Source: Patescibacteria group bacterium
Lineage (GTDB): Bacteria > Patescibacteriota > Minisyncoccia > Phycocordibacterales > Zambryskibacteraceae
Direction: 5' to 3'
Assembly (NCBI GenBank): GCA_038058485.1
Contig: JBBUBA010000022.1
Coordinates: forward strand, 1-43,163
DNA length: 43,163 nucleotides
Shown here: positions 39,552 through 43,163 of the stretch, one piece after another
How positions within the stretch are numbered: the first letter of the stretch is position 1
Layout: each line of letters begins with the position of its first letter
Translations under genes and position numbers: made by a program
Notes under the pieces: generated by a model
The model's input: the letters and a program-made list of their open reading frames with translations, nothing else
Database searches by the model: none
What the model was told of the DNA's origin: nothing

Positions 39552-41882
39552 CTATTGCCCGCTTATTGGGGGCTTTGTTTTGGAAGCTGGCTCACTTGGA
39601 ACATCTGAGAGAGCTCCCCTGCCAGCTCGGAGATTAGCGAGCACCTCAGCAACAGCCGTGTTGTCTGGATTGGTCTTAACTAAATCTTCAAACTGCTTCA
39701 AGGCTTCTGATTTCTGACCCAATTTGTCTAAGGACAAGCCTAGGTAATACTTGGCATTGGCATAATCGGGAACAATCTCAAGAGCTTTTTTCAAGGCATC
39801 TGTTGCTCCGCTGTAGTCTCTATTCGAATATTTTAGGAGCCCGAGTTGGAATAACACGCCTGCGTTATTAGGTGAGAGAAAGACCCCTGTCTCGGCTGAT
39901 TCGATTGCTTGTCTCAAATTGTTTTGGCCGATTTCCAACTGTGACAGGAAGAAATACGCATCCGCATAATCTTTTTTCTTGTTTAGAGCCTCAGTAATAA
40001 ACTCCCTAGCTCCTTCAGTGTTCTTGTTATCCAATTCGAGTCGAGCAAATTTAAGGAATATTTCTGGACTTAATGGGTGAAGAGCTTGAGCCGACTGATA
40101 AGCAAATTTTGCACTATCGTAAGCTCCCTCCACTGAAAATGGGCTAGCAACAAGTGACTCATACACATCGCCCAGCGCTACCCAGTTACGGTATGTCGGG
40201 TTCAAGGTGATGGCATTTTGGAGCGCTGCAATACTTGCTGAAAGAGCATTTTGGAAAGTCTGCTGTCGTGACGCGTCTGTGCCTTCTGTACTATTTAGAG
40301 CGTTGTTGGCTCGACTAAGTTCAACTTGAGAAACAGCACTCCAAAATGGGTCGGAAGGAGATGTGGTAACCGCTTTTCCTAACTCACTTTCTATTTCGTC
40401 AAAAGTCCTACCTGAAGTGTTTGAGTAAACTAACGCTCTTTGAAAGTGGGTGGCAGCCACAACCTTCTTCAGAGAAACGAGAGTGAAGGCTCCCATCCCT
40501 ACGATGAGAACCAGCGCCACTAACGCAGAAGCAAAAAGGGACAGCCTGTTTTTGTTGAAGATAAATTCCTTTGGCTCTAGAACCCCTGTGGCCTCGGATG
40601 CCCCCACGAACAACCCTGTGAAGATGAAGGTTAGAGCAAGCATCACTAAAGAAGGAGAATATACAAAACTACCAACCCAAAGGAACAAGGAGATGAGAAA
40701 AGTCGAAGTAAGGAGGAACCTGTCAGATCTGTTCTCCAGATTTTTGGCCAGAGCCCTTATCCCGAGCATGATGAACAGCACGAAGAAAGTTAACCAAGAA
40801 ATTATGCCGATAAAACCCATAGTGGCAAAAGCTGTGGGCAAGAATCCAAATCCAAATGGGAAAGCCGTGCTCCAGAAAGGAGTGATGTTTGTCTCCGCCG
40901 GTTTGTACAGAAACCATTCGCGATCAAAGGTGTTCGGGCCAGAACCAAATACTGGATTAACGGACAAGACTTTCTTCATCACGCTTACGGTGGCGGTTAG
41001 ATTTGGTCTGACATCACTATTTGTGACCTTAGTTATCTCCATAACTCTTGTGGAAATATCCTTTGAACCTATTTTAGGATTGAAAACAAAGATAAGGGAC
41101 ACAACCATTAGGAGGACAGCCATACGAACTCCGTTACGCTTACCAAGTGAGGTGCCCTCATGCCTTTCAACTGTAGCGAAATAAAGAATCAAGACTATTG
41201 AGGAGCCGAGGGTCAACATCCAAGTGGTTTCAAAATTCACAACGATGAGAAGGACAAGAGACAAGACATAGAAGACCCCCATAAAAACTTTAAGTCGGTT
41301 GGAGAGTGGCAACATCTCAATCGCAAAAGTGGTGAGAAGTGCCAAAAGTCCAAAGGCCATAGCCAAATCTGTCCAAGCCCCAACAGGGTTACCCATGTTG
41401 CCAAAGAAGGTGTTTAGGGTTAGCCATGAACCTCCCGATAGTACCTTCGCCAAAACAAAGAGAGCCACCACCGCCAGAGAAGAAAAGAGGGCAGTAAGGG
41501 TCATAACAAGTTTGGAACGATCTCTAAACAGATAGGCTGAAGCAAAGAAAAGAATTGAAAAAATAACAATTGATCCAGCTGTTCCTGCCTCAAGTGCGTA
41601 TCCAAACAGAGAAAGTGTCGGGGAACTACCAACTAGAGCAGAGACAATGTACACCACTGGCAGTACAAAGGCTCCCCACAGCAAAAGATTCCCGGGGAAT
41701 GAAATTCTTCTGTGCTTTATTAGATAGATAATTATCGTCAAAAAAATAATAACAGCCCCAACAACTAACAAAAGTACCTTTGCTAAACCAAGGGGCACAA
41801 TTTGAGTAGGAAGAAAAAACAAGGGCAAAAGGAATATAAGTGACAAACCAGCAAAGAAGCCTACCTTAGTTAATTGAGACAT
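39552..41882 (-). CDS. O-antigen ligase (Wzy_C)-like polytopic membrane protein with C-terminal TPR repeats
   Basis: Many TM helices over about 480 aa, then repeated A..YY.LG......A...F..AL...P (TPR-like) units. Confidence 0.7.
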   Translation of the reverse strand: MSQLTKVGFFAGLSLIFLLPLFFLPTQIVPLGLAKVLLLVVGAVIIFLTIIIYLIKHRRISFPGNLLLWGAFVLPVVYIVSALVGSSPTLSLFGYALEAGTAGSIVIFSILFFASAYLFRDRSKLVMTLTALFSSLAVVALFVLAKVLSGGSWLTLNTFFGNMGNPVGAWTDLAMAFGLLALLTTFAIEMLPLSNRLKVFMGVFYVLSLVLLIVVNFETTWMLTLGSSIVLILYFATVERHEGTSLGKRNGVRMAVLLMVVSLIFVFNPKIGSKDISTRVMEITKVTNSDVRPNLTATVSVMKKVLSVNPVFGSGPNTFDREWFLYKPAETNITPFWSTAFPFGFGFLPTAFATMGFIGIISWLTFFVLFIMLGIRALAKNLENRSDRFLLTSTFLISLFLWVGSFVYSPSLVMLALTFIFTGLFVGASEATGVLEPKEFIFNKNRLSLFASALVALVLIVGMGAFTLVSLKKVVAATHFQRALVYSNTSGRTFDEIESELGKAVTTSPSDPFWSAVSQVELSRANNALNSTEGTDASRQQTFQNALSASIAALQNAITLNPTYRNWVALGDVYESLVASPFSVEGAYDSAKFAYQSAQALHPLSPEIFLKFARLELDNKNTEGAREFITEALNKKKDYADAYFFLSQLEIGQNNLRQAIESAETGVFLSPNNAGVLFQLGLLKYSNRDYSGATDALKKALEIVPDYANAKYYLGLSLDKLGQKSEALKQFEDLVKTNPDNTAVAEVLANLRAGRGALSDVPSEPASKTKPPISGQ

Positions 41883-41933
41883 TTTTTAATAAAAATAAAT
41901 TACCTTTTAATTACCTCTATATTTTATCATAAC

Positions 41934-41964
41934 AAAACCGTCCCGGTAAAACCGGGACGGTTTT
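41934..41964 (-). terminator. terminator of rnpB (A4-hairpin-T4, bidirectional shape)
   Basis: ACCGTCCCGG / CCGGGACGGT 10-bp stem flanked by AAAA and TTTT. Confidence 0.7.
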
Positions 41965-42401
41965 GGATGCCTATAAGCCGAATTCTGTATCCCTCGCTAA
42001 AGCTCGGGACGATAATCATTTATCTGGTCCCTCGCTCGCGCTCGGGATCTAGCGGCACTCCCCGTGAGATAGTGAGCTCTTGCGAGCTTATCTCACGGGG
42101 CACGGCCTTGCATTCAGGTAAGGATTTTGTCGTTTCACTCCGGATTCACCCCGCCGAGGCGGGGCAAGACCGGCTTCGTCACTGTTCGCACCTCTAAGAT
42201 TACTCTCGGCAGGCGTTACCTGCTACCCTTCCAATTTTGTTCACCTCAAGGGACACAAAATTGAGAATCCCGAACAAAGTGAGGGACTAGCCTTTCGCTT
42301 TGCTCAAGACGCTCGTTTTTATAATCACCTGCGGTGAACAAAAATGGCGAATGTTCGGACTTTCCTCCCCACCAAAATAGGTAGAGCGATTATCCGGCAC
42401 C
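41965..42401 (-). ncRNA. rnpB: RNase P RNA, bacterial type A-like (about 437 nt)
   Basis: The reverse complement contains GGGGAGGAAAGUCCGAAC (CR-I), ..GGUAACGCCUG.., ..AGAUAAAUGAUUAUC.. and ACAGAAUUCGGCUUAUAG (CR-V). 5' GGUGCC pairs with 3' GGCAUC (P1). A TATAAT box lies 7 nt upstream. Confidence 0.88.
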
Positions 42402-42490
42402 TTCTTTATTATACCACACTAATCAGCTGTCAACAAACTGGGTATGAGCAACTTTTTTTCTTTGATACAATATTTGATACAATATAATGT

Positions 42491-43163
42491 ATGCGTAAAT
42501 CGCTGTTACTCTTTCTCCTTCCTCTCTTCCTCCTCTCTTTTTTCTTCCTTCCCATTCCATCTTTAGCAGCTACCCCTTCGACAAGCTCAGGGCAAGTCCC
42601 CACCCTAGCTGAACTTCAAACTCAGATACAATTGCTACTGAAGCAAATCCAAGCTGTGCAAGCTCAAAAGGCTGGTAATACAGCTTCCTCTGCTACTTCT
42701 TTCGGAACCTTCACCCTAGATATGCAGTTTGGTTCTTCTGGAAGTCAGGTAGCTACCCTTCAACAGTTTCTGGTATCTAAAAAGTATATGGTTATGCCTC
42801 CTGGAGTAGCTTTTGGATACTATGGACCTTTGACTAGAGGTTCGGTCATTAAGTTTCAGACTGGTAATGGTGTCTCTGGTACAGGGATTGTTGGACCCTT
42901 AACTAGAGCTAGACTTAATGCTTTGGGTGGTCCTTCGGGAGTACCCTCAGGATCTTTGATCCCTTCGGCAAGCTTAGGATCTTCGAGTGGAGGAGGACGC
43001 TCTCGAGCTATCTCTATACCTAGTACCACTAATCCTTCTTATCCTGCTCCAAGAGTTACCTTGGTCAGTAGTGCATACAACATCTCTCTAGGTCAGTCTG
43101 TGACTTTGTCTTGGACTACTGGAGACACTTCTTCTTGTGGCGCATCTCAAGGCTGGAGTGGTT
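42491..43163 (+). CDS. secreted peptidoglycan-binding-domain protein with Ig-like repeat, 5' partial (runs off the window)
   Basis: Signal peptide MRKSLLLFLLPLFLLSFFFLPIPSLAA. ..VATLQQFLVSKKYMVMPPGVAFGYYGPLTRGSVIKFQ.. resembles PG_binding_1. ..VTLSWTTGDTSSCGAS.. resembles the 28182-30338 repeat. Not in the ORF track because no stop is reached. Confidence 0.7.
   Translation, partial: MRKSLLLFLLPLFLLSFFFLPIPSLAATPSTSSGQVPTLAELQTQIQLLLKQIQAVQAQKAGNTASSATSFGTFTLDMQFGSSGSQVATLQQFLVSKKYMVMPPGVAFGYYGPLTRGSVIKFQTGNGVSGTGIVGPLTRARLNALGGPSGVPSGSLIPSASLGSSSGGGRSRAISIPSTTNPSYPAPRVTLVSSAYNISLGQSVTLSWTTGDTSSCGASQGWSG

Noticed and set aside
41874-42197. 107-aa plus-strand ORF
   Set aside because: It lies on top of the RNase P RNA gene and its terminator.

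Overview
About 43 kb of a low-GC (hand counts near 40%), small-genome bacterium. The gene content suggests Patescibacteria/CPR (Parcubacteria-like), which is an inference. The housekeeping backbone holds gyrA, rpsA, pth, lepB, a degenerate HisRS-like gene, rpsU, ybeY, ftsA, ftsZ, trxB, pdaD, tsaD, valS, prsW, hsp20, a glutaredoxin, lepA, murJ, an O-antigen-ligase/TPR protein and RNase P RNA. There are seven complete tRNAs plus one tRNA cut by the window edge. I saw no rRNA and no CRISPR array. Accessory content includes six tandem VirB2/TrbC-like pilin paralogues coupled to an orphan solute-binding-like protein, and an IS200/RAYT-type HUH transposase with hairpins and 83-nt direct repeats. It also includes a GIY-YIG gene sitting between a duplicated tRNA-Glu 5' fragment and the intact tRNA, and a family of 76-77 nt inverted-repeat elements that abut three start codons. 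The most unusual signal is at least six short GC-rich blocks (hand counts mid-50s %) inserted between or into the ends of backbone genes. Most of their genes have a near-consensus -35/-10 promoter, all have a GGAG/GGGAG/GGAGG-type SD, and most have a GC-rich terminator. They encode only small membrane, secreted or unknown proteins, including twin Cys-rich mini-peptides. Two blocks are bounded by perfect 25-nt direct repeats, and one of these regenerates the C-terminus and stop codon of the interrupted gene. No intact recombinase lies inside any block. I read this as a dispersed gene-cassette insertion phenomenon. Assembly chimerism is the main alternative and must be excluded.
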